DNA from: Deltaproteobacteria bacterium
Lineage (GTDB): Bacteria > Desulfobacterota > GWC2-55-46 > UBA9637
NCBI GenBank assembly: GCA_016214995.1
Contig: JACRML010000027.1
Coordinates: 1,766 to 65,765 of the forward strand
Direction: 5' to 3'
Length of the DNA: 64,000 nt
Within the stretch, counting starts at the first letter, position 1. Each line of letters opens with the position of its first letter. The notes under the pieces were generated by a model. It was not told the DNA's origin, did no database searches, and worked only from the letters and a program-made list of their open reading frames with translations. Shown here piece by piece: positions 37,844 through 47,855 of the stretch. The translations under genes were made by a program, and so were the position numbers.

Positions 37844-38939
37844 TTATTTTCCCCTCAAAAGGAATGCCTCCATAAACTCATCCAATTTTCCATCCAGCAC
37901 AGCATCTACATTTCCTGATTCAAAACCTGTTCTGTGGTCTTTGATTAAACGATACGGCTGCAGCACATAGGAGCGAATCTGACTCCCCCATGTTATCTCT
38001 TTTTTCTCCTTATGGAACTGATCCATTTTCTCTTCCTGTTCTTTGAGCTTTAATTCATAAAGCCTTGACCGCAGTATCTTCATGGCCAATGCCCTGTTTT
38101 TATGCTGACTTCTTTCAGCCTGGCATGCAACTATTATGCCGCTCGGCACATGCGTTATCCTCACGGCGGTTTCCACCTTGTTGACATTCTGACCGCCAGC
38201 TCCGCCTGACCTGAATGTGTCAACCTTTAAATCAGTATCTTTTACGTCCACTTCAATATCATCTTCAATTTCAGGATAGACAAACACAGATGCAAAGGAT
38301 GTGTGTCTCCGCTGGTTGGCATCAAACGGCGATATTCTGACAAGGCGATGCACGCCAACCTCTGCCTTAAGATAGCCATAGGCATACTCACCCTCTATGG
38401 TCAAGGTAACACTCTTTACCCCTGCCTCTTCTCCTGCCTGATAATCAACTACCTCTACCCTGTATCTGTTTTTTTCTGCCCATCTTGTATACATCCGCAG
38501 AAGTATCTCTGCCCAATCCTGGGCCTCCGTGCCGCCGGAACCTGGATGAATTGACAGAATGGCGCTGAGCCTGTCATGTTCTCCGCCGAGCATCCTCTGG
38601 ATATCCAGATGATGCATCCGTTTTTCTGTATCGGATAATTTGTCTTCTGCCTCTTTGGCTGTTCCGGGGCTCTGCTCCGAGACAGCAAGCTCCAAAAGCA
38701 CTGAGGCATCTTCAAGGTCTTTGCCAATGCTGTCAATTGAAGCAATCTCTGACTTTAAAGCCGCCTGTATTTTCAGCAGGTTTTGCGCCTCATGAGCCTT
38801 TTCCCATAGGGCAGGGTCTGCAACTAATTTCTCTAGCTCTCCCAGTCTTTTAGCCTTTGAATCCAAGTCAAAGATAACCTCGTATCTCAATCAATCTGTT
38901 TTGCAGCCCCTTCAGCCTCTCCTGAATCTCGTCAAACAT
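37844..38939 (-). CDS. prfB: Peptide chain release factor 2 (programmed +1 frameshift)
   Basis: ATG 38939 gives [23 protein letters not shown], then in-frame TGA at 38870-38868. The +1 frame continues [10 protein letters not shown]... with SPF and GGQ ([11 protein letters not shown]) motifs. Confidence 0.92.
38867..38873 (-). promoter_or_regulatory. RF2 autoregulatory +1 frameshift site CTT TGA C
   Basis: GAGGT TAT CTT TGA C on the minus strand: SD-like element, slippery CUU, UGA followed by C. Confidence 0.9.
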
Positions 38940-38954
38940 GTTTATTCCCCTCTT

Positions 38955-40598
38955 TTATTTATTTTTTGACCTATTTAAACCTAAAACCCATAACCCATAG
39001 CCTGCAACTATAATCATGCACCCGATTGCAAATATATCACCATATCTTGAATAGAATGTAAATTGGTTTATATCCTTTATTTTGATATATCCCGCCATGG
39101 CTTCTCTTGTAAATATATCGCTTTTCAATATAATTCTCCCGACAGGGTCAATCACCCCGCTTACGCCTGTATTCGCTGCCCTTATTAAGAATACCTTATT
39201 TTCCACAGCCCGAAATACCGCTTGAGAAAAGTGCTGATAGGGCGCCGATGTCCTGCCGAACCATGCATCGTTTGTTATATTTACAAGAAACCCCGCCCCC
39301 TCATTGATAAAACCCCTTGCAAGCTCTGGAAATATTGATTCAAAGCATATCAAGACCCCGAAACTATCGCCGTCCAATTCAAGCGGTTTAAGCCATTTTC
39401 CGGAGCTGAAATCTCCAACTCCTACAACAAGCTTATGTATAAACGGCAGATAATTTTTGAGCGGCACATATTCTCCAAACGGGACAAGATGGATTTTATC
39501 ATATTTCCCAACAAGCTCACCCTTTGGCGATATGAGAAAGGCGCTGTTATAATATTTTACTTCACCGTCAAAGCCTAGCCCGTATGCATCGTTGCCGGTA
39601 AAGAGGTAGGCATTGGCCTCCCTGGGCAAATTAAATACCTCAGGGCCTAACTCTTTATCAGATTGAAGATAGAATGGGATTGCTGTTTCAGGCCAGATAA
39701 TGAGCCTTACCCCTTGTTTTGCCAATGCCATGTTTAAATTTTTATAAATATCCACGGTCTCTTTTTTAAAAGATATATCCCATTTTCTGCCCTGGTCTAT
39801 ATTGCCCTGAGCAATGCCTATTTTTAAGGTTTTCCAATTTTGCGATATCTTGTCTGTCTCATATATTCTGAAAAAACCATAAATCAAAACAATAATTAAA
39901 ATGAAAGAAACAACAAACCCGCTTTTTAAGAAAGGTGAAAGCTGAAAGCTTACAGTTGATAGTTCTTTATCTTCTTTGAGCTTTGAGCTTTTAGCTTGTA
40001 TCGCAAGAAATATAAACATATTTACCATGACTATCAAAAAAGAAACGCCGTATACGCCTGTAATATCCGTTATCTGGATAATGGGAAGGAGTGAAGACTG
40101 GGAATAGCCTAAAAGAACCCATGGGAAGCCTATGGTAATCATGTTAGTCCTTATGTATTCCAGGCCAACCCATAATGACGAGGTAAACAAAACCTTTAAT
40201 AATAAATTTGTTTTTATGGATAATACAATTGAGGTGCCAAATCCAAAGGCAGCGAAGAAAAGGGCAAGATATAATACCAGCAAAAGGAGAACCAAAATAC
40301 TGGTGAAGAACGGAACACCTCCGTAATTAACCATTGAGTTCACCACCCAATAGACTGTGCCAAGAAAAAAGATAATGCCCCACAAAAGACCGAGTAAAAA
40401 CCCTCTTTTGCAAAATTTAGGCAAGGAAATTCCAGCGCCTTTCCTGACCCCCGCCCCCTGACTCCCGACTGCTGTATCACTAAGCGCAAAGAAAAATGGC
40501 ACCATCCCAACCCATGCAAAAAAACCAATATCAATGGGCGGGAATGCTGCAATAAGCATGGCCCCTGAAAGTATGCTCAGAAAAATAGTGCGCGTCAT
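38955..40598 (-). CDS. lnt: Apolipoprotein N-acyltransferase
   Basis: Multi-TM N-half and CN-hydrolase domain with IIWPETA, K and VLICFES catalytic motifs. Confidence 0.9.
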   Translation of the reverse strand: MTRTIFLSILSGAMLIAAFPPIDIGFFAWVGMVPFFFALSDTAVGSQGAGVRKGAGISLPKFCKRGFLLGLLWGIIFFLGTVYWVVNSMVNYGGVPFFTSILVLLLLVLYLALFFAAFGFGTSIVLSIKTNLLLKVLFTSSLWVGLEYIRTNMITIGFPWVLLGYSQSSLLPIIQITDITGVYGVSFLIVMVNMFIFLAIQAKSSKLKEDKELSTVSFQLSPFLKSGFVVSFILIIVLIYGFFRIYETDKISQNWKTLKIGIAQGNIDQGRKWDISFKKETVDIYKNLNMALAKQGVRLIIWPETAIPFYLQSDKELGPEVFNLPREANAYLFTGNDAYGLGFDGEVKYYNSAFLISPKGELVGKYDKIHLVPFGEYVPLKNYLPFIHKLVVGVGDFSSGKWLKPLELDGDSFGVLICFESIFPELARGFINEGAGFLVNITNDAWFGRTSAPYQHFSQAVFRAVENKVFLIRAANTGVSGVIDPVGRIILKSDIFTREAMAGYIKIKDINQFTFYSRYGDIFAIGCMIIVAGYGLWVLGLNRSKNK

Positions 40599-40940
40599 TT
40601 TATATTGTAGAAGCAGGATTTACCTCTATCTTACTCTACATAGGTAACCATTTTATTTCAACCCAAAAAATGCAGTGCAAATCTTTAAATTCGCATTTAC
40701 TAGGTTAACTCATACTATAAAAATTTTTTAAAATTTACGGATTTGGGGATTCAAGCCTTGAAGAAAAAATTTCCTGAAGAAGCAAAAAAGGCAAAACATA
40801 TTGACATACTTCTGACTGTATCTAAAAAAAACTCATGTAGTTAAAGATGGTCGTGACTTAATAACCAATTTGGTTCAGAGAATATCATTATTTATGAAGA
40901 AAAAGGAAGTGGAGAGGAGTTTGCAAAGAGGTGATTCTTG

Positions 40941-43514
40941 TCAGAACTTTATAGAATAAAACCTTAATTTCCGCTTATAATGCAGGCTATTTCTATCTTC
41001 AGAATCAAATCTGAGTGCAGCATCAAAGTAGTCAACTGCTTTGTTAAAATTGCCGGCAGCGTAGTATGCCCTTCCAATTAGGTTATAGCGGCTGGCTAAA
41101 AACTTACGCTCCATTTTTCTGCTTATCATCTCTTTACTGCTGTATTGTTGAGATATCACGAGATAGGGTAAGATTGTTTCTTTATATTTCAAAAGTTCTG
41201 CAATGTTTGGCGAGATGGTATTAACATTCAGGCTTTTGGGACCTGTGAATTCTATAAGAGGCATGTCATCGGTTACAATTGACGCATTCTTTGAATAAGC
41301 CCTTACCATATCCTCGTTCATTAAAAAGGTATTTAGAATCTCCAACGGGTCTTCCATGTCTATTTCTTTCAAAAGGGCCCTTACATTAGGCAGAGCAAGT
41401 CTTTCTTCTATGAGGGCGTAACTTATATTAGTTCTGGTGCTGGAGCCTATCATGAATATATCCGTATTTGCTACCCAGATGGTCGTGTGTGGAAAAACAG
41501 AATTAAATGTTTTTACCAGCATCCGTACATCCTCTATGGAAAGATTATATAAGGGAATCCACTGTGACATGATTCCGCCGTCCTTAAGGTGTGCCTTAGT
41601 CAGCTCATAATATTCCTTTGTATAGAGGTTAACAACGCCTGCCAGAGAGGGATGCATTGGTTCCTCTGTTATGACATCATATTTTTTTGAAGTTACCTCA
41701 AGATAACTTCTCCCATCATCTATAATTATCCTTGATTTTAGGTTATGCAAGACATCCATGTTTTCTTTTGCAAAGTATGGCGCTCCCTTAATCACTGTGC
41801 TGGCAATCTCTACATTATCAACCTGATTTACATCAAACTGACTTAAGGTGCCAAATGTCGTACCTGACCCAAAGCAAATGACTAGAACTTCCTTTGGATT
41901 GGGATGAATTATCATGGGGAGAACACCCTGAAACCTGTTAATCTGCAGGCCCTCATAAAATGCGGCTGTAGCCATGTTTCCATTTACCCATAGCCGCTTA
42001 TTGGACGCTGTAATATCTATTCCCTCTCTCTCCGCAATCATCACAGTAGCGGCGGCACCCTCTTCATAAAAGAGCATGCTTTCGTTGCTTTTCAGGAAGC
42101 TTTTGTGAAGAGACTTCGGCATATTCTGAGGTAGCAACAAAATAAGGGCAACGGTAACTGCAAAACTAACTGACAGGAACATATATTTAAATTTATTCGT
42201 GATAAAGGGGTTAAAAAACATAAACAGAATACCCAGCCCCAGGTTTACATATCCCATAAGAACAATGCTATTCTGCATACCAAAAAACGGAATCAAAACA
42301 AACCCACTTGCAAAAGAACCGAAAATTCCACCGATAGTATTAACTGAATAGATATTCCCTATCTTGCTGCCTATTTTCTCAATCCGCCAACCGTATATCT
42401 TGCACACTAAGGGGAAGGTAGCCCCAAAGAGGAAGGTTGGTAAAAAGAGGGATATGAACGATGTAAAGAAGTTGAGATATACAAATTCGCCCCATATAGG
42501 TGTTGCATCTATTTTATTGTAGAATTCAAATGCTGGCATCTTATCATACAGAATAATTAAACCAATGGAGCTTAAACCTATCAGGGCCTCTACTACAGCA
42601 AGCATACTAATCACCCAGCCTAATCCCCTGAAGCGATCAAGGAATTGTGAAAAGACAAAGCTACCTACTGCTATTCCGGTGAGAAAGGTGGCCAACACTA
42701 TAGCAAAAGCATATATTGTTCCAGTTAGAATAAAACCAAGCACCCTCGTCCATATTACCTCATAGGCAAGACCTGTAAAACCTGACAATGCAAAACCCAA
42801 TATCAGTAAGGTAAAAAAATAGCTAGGCATGCGCTCACTGTCTATAGAAGATGGTTGTCCTTTAGGCATAGAGTCTGTTTGGGTTTTATAGTTTTTGGAG
42901 TATACTTTACTGACGGATATTGCGATGCCACCTATAACAATATTTAATACCCCTGTTGAATAAAGGATGGTTTTCATCCCCATGTTGGGAATCAGGAAAA
43001 AAGCAGTTGCAAGAGCCCCAACCACTGCCCCCATCGTGTTGATAGCATATAGGCCACCAATATTTTTTGCAAAACGGGTTTGAGAGTTGGCAAGTATTTT
43101 ACTTAGTATTGGGAGCGTAGCCCCCATTAGTGTCGTTGGAATGGCAAGAAGCATGGTTGAAAGTATGAATTTCAATATACTCAGGGCATAAAAATCCATC
43201 ATCAGTCGCTGGGCAATCAGCACATAGATAGAATTATTGAAATTAAGCAACAAGGAAAAAAGAAGGGCATATAATCCAATAAGTATTTCTGCCAGACCAT
43301 ACCATTTTAAACCGTCTTCATGATTGTCTATCCATCGCCCCCCTAAATAGCCTCCAAGAGCTAGTCCGCCAAAAAAGCTTGTCAACACAGTGCTGACGGC
43401 CATAGTGGTTACACCAAAGGTAAGGGTCAACAACTTGATCCATAGCATCTGGTATATAAGACCAGCCATACCTGAGCCAAGGAAAAGTAACAATATTATT
43501 ACTCTCATCATCAA
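40941..43514 (-). CDS. Fused polytopic membrane (MFS-like) / spermidine-synthase-like protein with C-terminal TPR
   Basis: ~470 aa of TM helices, then VLVICFGSGTT (SAM-type fold) and DVITEEPMHPSLAGVVNLYTKEYY, then a TPR-like tail. Confidence 0.8.
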   Translation of the reverse strand: MMMRVIILLLFLGSGMAGLIYQMLWIKLLTLTFGVTTMAVSTVLTSFFGGLALGGYLGGRWIDNHEDGLKWYGLAEILIGLYALLFSLLLNFNNSIYVLIAQRLMMDFYALSILKFILSTMLLAIPTTLMGATLPILSKILANSQTRFAKNIGGLYAINTMGAVVGALATAFFLIPNMGMKTILYSTGVLNIVIGGIAISVSKVYSKNYKTQTDSMPKGQPSSIDSERMPSYFFTLLILGFALSGFTGLAYEVIWTRVLGFILTGTIYAFAIVLATFLTGIAVGSFVFSQFLDRFRGLGWVISMLAVVEALIGLSSIGLIILYDKMPAFEFYNKIDATPIWGEFVYLNFFTSFISLFLPTFLFGATFPLVCKIYGWRIEKIGSKIGNIYSVNTIGGIFGSFASGFVLIPFFGMQNSIVLMGYVNLGLGILFMFFNPFITNKFKYMFLSVSFAVTVALILLLPQNMPKSLHKSFLKSNESMLFYEEGAAATVMIAEREGIDITASNKRLWVNGNMATAAFYEGLQINRFQGVLPMIIHPNPKEVLVICFGSGTTFGTLSQFDVNQVDNVEIASTVIKGAPYFAKENMDVLHNLKSRIIIDDGRSYLEVTSKKYDVITEEPMHPSLAGVVNLYTKEYYELTKAHLKDGGIMSQWIPLYNLSIEDVRMLVKTFNSVFPHTTIWVANTDIFMIGSSTRTNISYALIEERLALPNVRALLKEIDMEDPLEILNTFLMNEDMVRAYSKNASIVTDDMPLIEFTGPKSLNVNTISPNIAELLKYKETILPYLVISQQYSSKEMISRKMERKFLASRYNLIGRAYYAAGNFNKAVDYFDAALRFDSEDRNSLHYKRKLRFYSIKF

Positions 43515-43869
43515 TATATCAGTAGTGTAAACTTCGGTACTGTAAACTCCTGTCTGTGAATTCTAAAACGGGTATAATTTTCAGGGATTCGTAAAGGCTT
43601 CAGTGAACTACCGGCAATCAAACTGGCTGGCAATTCACTTCATCGAGGAATTTCTCACACTTTAATTTCTTTTGCTGGCCGAGGTATAAAAAGCTCATTT
43701 GACTCATCAGAACATCTCCTTACTGGTTATAATAATATCAGTTTCTTATGCAAAGTAGCGGTTTTTCAGAGCACCCTAAAAAAGGCTATCAAAAACAAGC
43801 AATAAAGTCATTAAGTAATTTCAAATAATTTCAATGACAATAATTGACAATCTGTCGGGTTCCCAATGC

Positions 43870-43913
43870 TCAAAGTAAACTACTACCGCCTAAAGGCGGT
43901 AGTAGTTTACTTT
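43870..43913 (-). terminator. Perfect 20-bp hairpin at the 3' end of the dgkA-PAP2 gene (no U-tract)
   Basis: CAAAGTAAACTACTACCGCC-TAAA-GGCGGTAGTAGTTTACTTTG. One arm includes the stop codon. Confidence 0.4.
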
Positions 43914-44641
43914 GATACTACAGAAAAGATATAGAAAATAAGAAAGGTTATGCCTGTTCCAAAGAGGGCGCCGAGAAATACCTCTAGATTTGTGTGAATA
44001 CCTGCAACCAAGCGGCTGTGACTTACCATAAGCGCAATAATAAATGTAAGGAGTGTAACAAGAGGATTGAGGGTCAATAAAACCACTGACACCCAGAGAG
44101 AGAAGGCAACAGCAGAATGTCCGCTCGGCATACCGCCGTGAAGCGGGATCCCTTTACCAAAATATGCCTTTGATGCAACAACGGTTATAAGAACAATCAG
44201 TAACGCAACAACGGCAATATGTCCGGTAAAGGCCTTCATAGTTTGCAGACCTACGGCAAAGGGATTAATAAGATATTTTGAAAATATAAGATAACCCATT
44301 ATAAATACACCAATGGATGATAAAAGAACAGCTCCTGCCGAAATATCTTTTGCAACTTTTGCAAGTGGATGAAATTTTTTGCCGCACACAAGGTCTATGG
44401 TTGACTCAATAGCAGTGTTTATCATCTCTGCAAACAATAATATTACAATAGAAACTGAAAAAAGCACAAACTCAATTTCAGGGAGATTCAGGATAAGACT
44501 CAGAAGCAGCACTGCTGCAGCTATAGCAAAGAAATATCTTATATGCCTCTGATGTTTAAGTGCATATATGATGCCTTCTATTGCGCAGTTAAGGCTTTCA
44601 AATATATTTTTCGGCTTTATTAACTCTTTATCTTCTTCCAA
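43907..44641 (-). CDS. Diacylglycerol/undecaprenol kinase (DgkA) fused to PAP2 phosphatase
   Basis: N-half AIEGIIYALKHQRHIR ... EMINTAIESTIDLV (DgkA). C-half PSGHSAV ... SHSRLVAGIHT (PAP2 motifs). Confidence 0.8.
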   Translation of the reverse strand: MEEDKELIKPKNIFESLNCAIEGIIYALKHQRHIRYFFAIAAAVLLLSLILNLPEIEFVLFSVSIVILLFAEMINTAIESTIDLVCGKKFHPLAKVAKDISAGAVLLSSIGVFIMGYLIFSKYLINPFAVGLQTMKAFTGHIAVVALLIVLITVVASKAYFGKGIPLHGGMPSGHSAVAFSLWVSVVLLTLNPLVTLLTFIIALMVSHSRLVAGIHTNLEVFLGALFGTGITFLIFYIFSVVSK

Positions 44642-45132
44642 TTTGTAATCTCCAATTGCGTTGCATTTTGCAATTTGTATTTTGCAATCTTCAGCAGTCT
44701 CTCCTCTTCTTTTCTCATCCTCCTGGCCTCTTTGCTGCTTTTCTCGTGGTCAAAGCCAAGAAGGTGCAAGATGCCGTGAATCAAAAGCCTTGCCAACTCT
44801 TCCTTCAAAGTTACGTCATTTTCTTTAGCCTGGGTTTTTGCAGTTTCCAGAGATATAACAATATCGCCCAAAATGAGTTGGGAGTTCGGAGTTCGGAGTT
44901 CGGAGTTAAAATCCCACATTGGAAACGAAAGCACATCCGTAGGTCTGTCCTTTTTTAAATATCTCTTGTTTAGCCTCTGAATACCATTATTGTCAGTTAA
45001 AAGTATGCTCAGCTCTGCATCACGGCAACCCAAATCTTTTAACACCGTCCTTGCTAAACCACTTATCTTTTTTAGCCCCGCCCTCTCCTTCTGATTGTTT
45101 TGTATCAGGACCTTCACTAATTTCCCCCTCAA
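44620..45132 (-). CDS. ybeY: rRNA maturation RNase YbeY
   Basis: HGILHLLGFDH zinc motif. The start is uncertain because the ORF overlaps the upstream gene by 113 nt. Confidence 0.85.
   Translation of the reverse strand: MRGKLVKVLIQNNQKERAGLKKISGLARTVLKDLGCRDAELSILLTDNNGIQRLNKRYLKKDRPTDVLSFPMWDFNSELRTPNSQLILGDIVISLETAKTQAKENDVTLKEELARLLIHGILHLLGFDHEKSSKEARRMRKEEERLLKIAKYKLQNATQLEITNWKKIKS
44874..44908. repeat. GGAGTTC heptamer tandem array (5 units) inside the ybeY coding sequence
   Basis: tgagttg ggagttc ggagttc ggagttc ggagtta. Encodes the ...FNSELRTPNSQL... loop just before the conserved LGDIVIS. Confidence 0.85.
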
Positions 45133-46735
45133 ATATATAATCTGCCGGCTCCGGATACTCTATCCTTTGATGAAACATCCCGGCAAGCGCCCTGTTGAAG
45201 CTTTTGGCAATGATATTAAGGTCTTTAAGCATCAGTTCGCATTCATCAAGCTGGCCGTCCACAAATATCTTGTTTATAATCTTTTGAACCATATTGTGAA
45301 TCTTTGCGGCAGTTGGGTCAGGAATGGTTTTGGATGCCGCCTCAACCGCATCAGCCAGCATCACTAATCCTGCTTCCTTGGTTCTAGGTTTTGGCCCCGG
45401 ATATCTAAAATCCTTTTCATTTACCTCGGCAATGGTTATACCTTCTTTATTTTTTGCCTTCTGATAGAAATAACTTATCAGTGATGTGCCGTGGTGCTGC
45501 TGAATTATATCTATAATTTCCTCACCAAGCCTGTGATCCTGTGCAAGTTCCACACCTTCAGTTACATGCGATATAAGTATCCTGGCGCTGATATCAGGAG
45601 TAAGGATGTCGTGCCTATTCTCGCCTCTCATATTTTCAATAAAGTATAATGGGTTCTTTACCTTGCCTATATCATGATAGTATGCGCTAACCTTTGCCAG
45701 AAGAGGATTGGCATTGATTGCCTCTGCTGCCGCCTCCACCATGCTTCCGATTATGATTGAATGATGGTATGTGCCAGGGGCGTGAAGGGCAAGCTCTTTT
45801 AAAAGCGGATGATCCATTCTTGCCAGTTCAAGATGTCTTATATTGGTGGTATATCCGAATACCATCTCAAATATAGGTGCAATGCCTGTTACTATCACCG
45901 ATGTTATCTGTCCGCCAATAAACCCAAAAAGGACTGTAAAAATATCCTCTCGTACAGACCATCTGCCATTTATGATTATCAAGCTTACAATGGTGAGGAT
46001 ATTTACGAAGCCCAGTATAATGCCTGCCTTTGTTATTGTAACCCTTTGTGTGGCATGGCGAATACCTTTAGCCGCTATAATCCCTCCAATAAAAAAATAT
46101 GCCGCAAGGTTTAGGCTTCCCTCTAAAAATATACCTGAGATTAAACTTATCACCGCAGCAAAAACCAAGGCTGTTTCTGAATTCAGGAAAAGTCTTATGA
46201 GCATTGGTCCTGCGGCTATTGGCAGAAGATATAGATATACATGAGACGATATAACCGGAAATGTGGTTTCGATAGACTTTGCAACAAATAGAGAAAGTTT
46301 TGCCAGCACAAGAATAGTCACAAGCACAACGCCCATGAGAAGGACATCTTTTGGCGATGAGGCAAATTTTCTTATATTCTTTGCAGAAAATGTATAGGCG
46401 GAGTAAAAGAGGATGATGATGAAAAAGAAAATGCCAATGGTGGAAATAAAAAACCCTTTGCCGTAAGAGGCCTCTTGAGCCACCCTTAATCTTTTAATTA
46501 TATCTTCTGTAACCTTATCCCCTGCCCTTACTATACTCTCACCTTGCTTTATATCCGCACCTTCTATAGTGATATTTTGGTCGGCCGTAACATTTGCAAC
46601 TGCAATATCGCCAACCTTGTATGAATATCCTATGAACGAGATGTTTTTGGAAAATAAGACAGCAGCAATGCCGCCAACTAAAATAGCAATGGCCCACTTT
46701 TGAAATACAAGAGATTTTATAGATGCTCTATGCAT
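45020..46735 (-). CDS. 7TM-HD family phosphohydrolase (PgpH/YqfF-like)
   Basis: 7 TM helices followed by an HD domain (HHSIIIGSM ... YYHDIGK ... QHHGT). Confidence 0.85.
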   Translation of the reverse strand: MHRASIKSLVFQKWAIAILVGGIAAVLFSKNISFIGYSYKVGDIAVANVTADQNITIEGADIKQGESIVRAGDKVTEDIIKRLRVAQEASYGKGFFISTIGIFFFIIILFYSAYTFSAKNIRKFASSPKDVLLMGVVLVTILVLAKLSLFVAKSIETTFPVISSHVYLYLLPIAAGPMLIRLFLNSETALVFAAVISLISGIFLEGSLNLAAYFFIGGIIAAKGIRHATQRVTITKAGIILGFVNILTIVSLIIINGRWSVREDIFTVLFGFIGGQITSVIVTGIAPIFEMVFGYTTNIRHLELARMDHPLLKELALHAPGTYHHSIIIGSMVEAAAEAINANPLLAKVSAYYHDIGKVKNPLYFIENMRGENRHDILTPDISARILISHVTEGVELAQDHRLGEEIIDIIQQHHGTSLISYFYQKAKNKEGITIAEVNEKDFRYPGPKPRTKEAGLVMLADAVEAASKTIPDPTAAKIHNMVQKIINKIFVDGQLDECELMLKDLNIIAKSFNRALAGMFHQRIEYPEPADYIFEGEISEGPDTKQSEGEGGAKKDKWFSKDGVKRFGLP

Positions 46736-46802
46736 AATGCGTTTGTTGCGTTTATAGCGTTATTGCGTTTATAACCCGCTATAACCATCCGCGCTATAAC
46801 GT
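46736..46802. repeat. Low-complexity hairpin (GCGTTTAT / ATAACGC family)
   Basis: gcgtttgttgcgtttatagcgttattgcgtttataacccgctataaccatccgcgctataacg. Confidence 0.65.
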
Positions 46803-47807
46803 TTCAGCTTCGTTCTCTTCTTTCTTCCTTCCCCTCCCCTCATACGCCTTTATTACCTCTTGAACCAATGGATGCCTTACAACATCCTTTTCAGTAAAAT
46901 AGGCAAAGCCTATGCCTTCAACACCTTGCAGTATCTTCTGGACCTCCACCAGACCGGACGGCTTTGCAAACGGCAGGTCTATCTGTGTAACATCTCCTGT
47001 TATAACAGCCTTTGAGCTGAACCCAAGCCGTGTCAAAAACATCTTCATTTGTTCTGATGTGGTATTCTGGGCTTCATCCATTATCACGAAAGAGTCGTTT
47101 AATGTCCTGCCTCGCATGAATGCAAGCGGAGCAACCTCTATAGTGCCTCTCTCTATCAGCTTCTCCGCCCGTTCAAAATCAATCATGTCATGAAGCGCAT
47201 CGTATAGCGGCCTTAGATATGGGTCAACCTTTGCAGCCAGATCTCCTGGCAAAAATCCAAGTTTTTCACCAGCCTCTACTGCAGGTCTGGTAAGTATTAT
47301 CCTCTCTACTTCTCTTTTAGATAATGCAGCAACTGCCATTGCCATAGCGAGATATGTTTTGCCTGTGCCTGCCGGCCCTATGCCAAAGACGATGTCATAT
47401 TTTCGTATGGTGTCTATATATCTTTTCTGCGCAGGACTTTTTGGCGAAATAATCTTTTTCTTGAACGATATATAGACAGTATCAGTGAATATATCCGCAA
47501 GGTGAGTTTCTCTATCTGTCTCAATCGCCCTTATGGCATAATCTATATCAGTTGGATGAAGTCCATAACCCTTTTGTAAAAGGTCTGTCAGTTCATTCAA
47601 AAGCCTCTCCGCTACAGAGACCCTCTGCGCCTCACCGTGGACTACTACCATATTCCCCCTTGTATCAAGCTTTACCCCCAGCTTCTTTTCCAGACGCTTC
47701 AGGTTCTCGCCTGTTTCGCCAAAAAGGGCGGCTGCAATGGCATTATCCTCTATGGTAATATGTTTAAATATTTTTTCTTCTACGTTCAACATATAAAAAA
47801 GTTTCAA
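46794..47807 (-). CDS. phoH: PhoH-family ATPase (YbeZ-like)
   Basis: Walker [14 protein letters not shown] box. The start may be the internal MLNVEEK. Confidence 0.9.
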   Translation of the reverse strand: MKLFYMLNVEEKIFKHITIEDNAIAAALFGETGENLKRLEKKLGVKLDTRGNMVVVHGEAQRVSVAERLLNELTDLLQKGYGLHPTDIDYAIRAIETDRETHLADIFTDTVYISFKKKIISPKSPAQKRYIDTIRKYDIVFGIGPAGTGKTYLAMAMAVAALSKREVERIILTRPAVEAGEKLGFLPGDLAAKVDPYLRPLYDALHDMIDFERAEKLIERGTIEVAPLAFMRGRTLNDSFVIMDEAQNTTSEQMKMFLTRLGFSSKAVITGDVTQIDLPFAKPSGLVEVQKILQGVEGIGFAYFTEKDVVRHPLVQEVIKAYEGRGRKKEENEAETL

Positions 47808-47843
47808 GTTGCAAGTTTCAAGTAAAAAACCTGCATTGCAACT
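47801..47843. repeat. Heptamer hairpin (AAGTTGC family, second locus)
   Basis: gtttcaagttgcaagtttcaagtaaaaaacctgcattgcaact. Confidence 0.65.
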
Positions 47844-47855
47844 ATGGTATCTGGT

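Noticed and set aside
40599-40940. Possible gene remnant on the plus strand (…AKHIDILLTVSKKNS… / …VKDGRDLITNLVQRISLF…)
   Set aside because: It is broken by stops in every frame and carries no recognisable motif, so neither a pseudogene nor an RNA can be supported.
45020-45132. 113-nt overlap between ybeY and the upstream HD-domain gene as a real overlapping-gene feature
   Set aside because: It is more likely a start-site artefact. The conserved YbeY core begins well downstream, alternative GTG codons exist, and the HD protein tail here is low-complexity.
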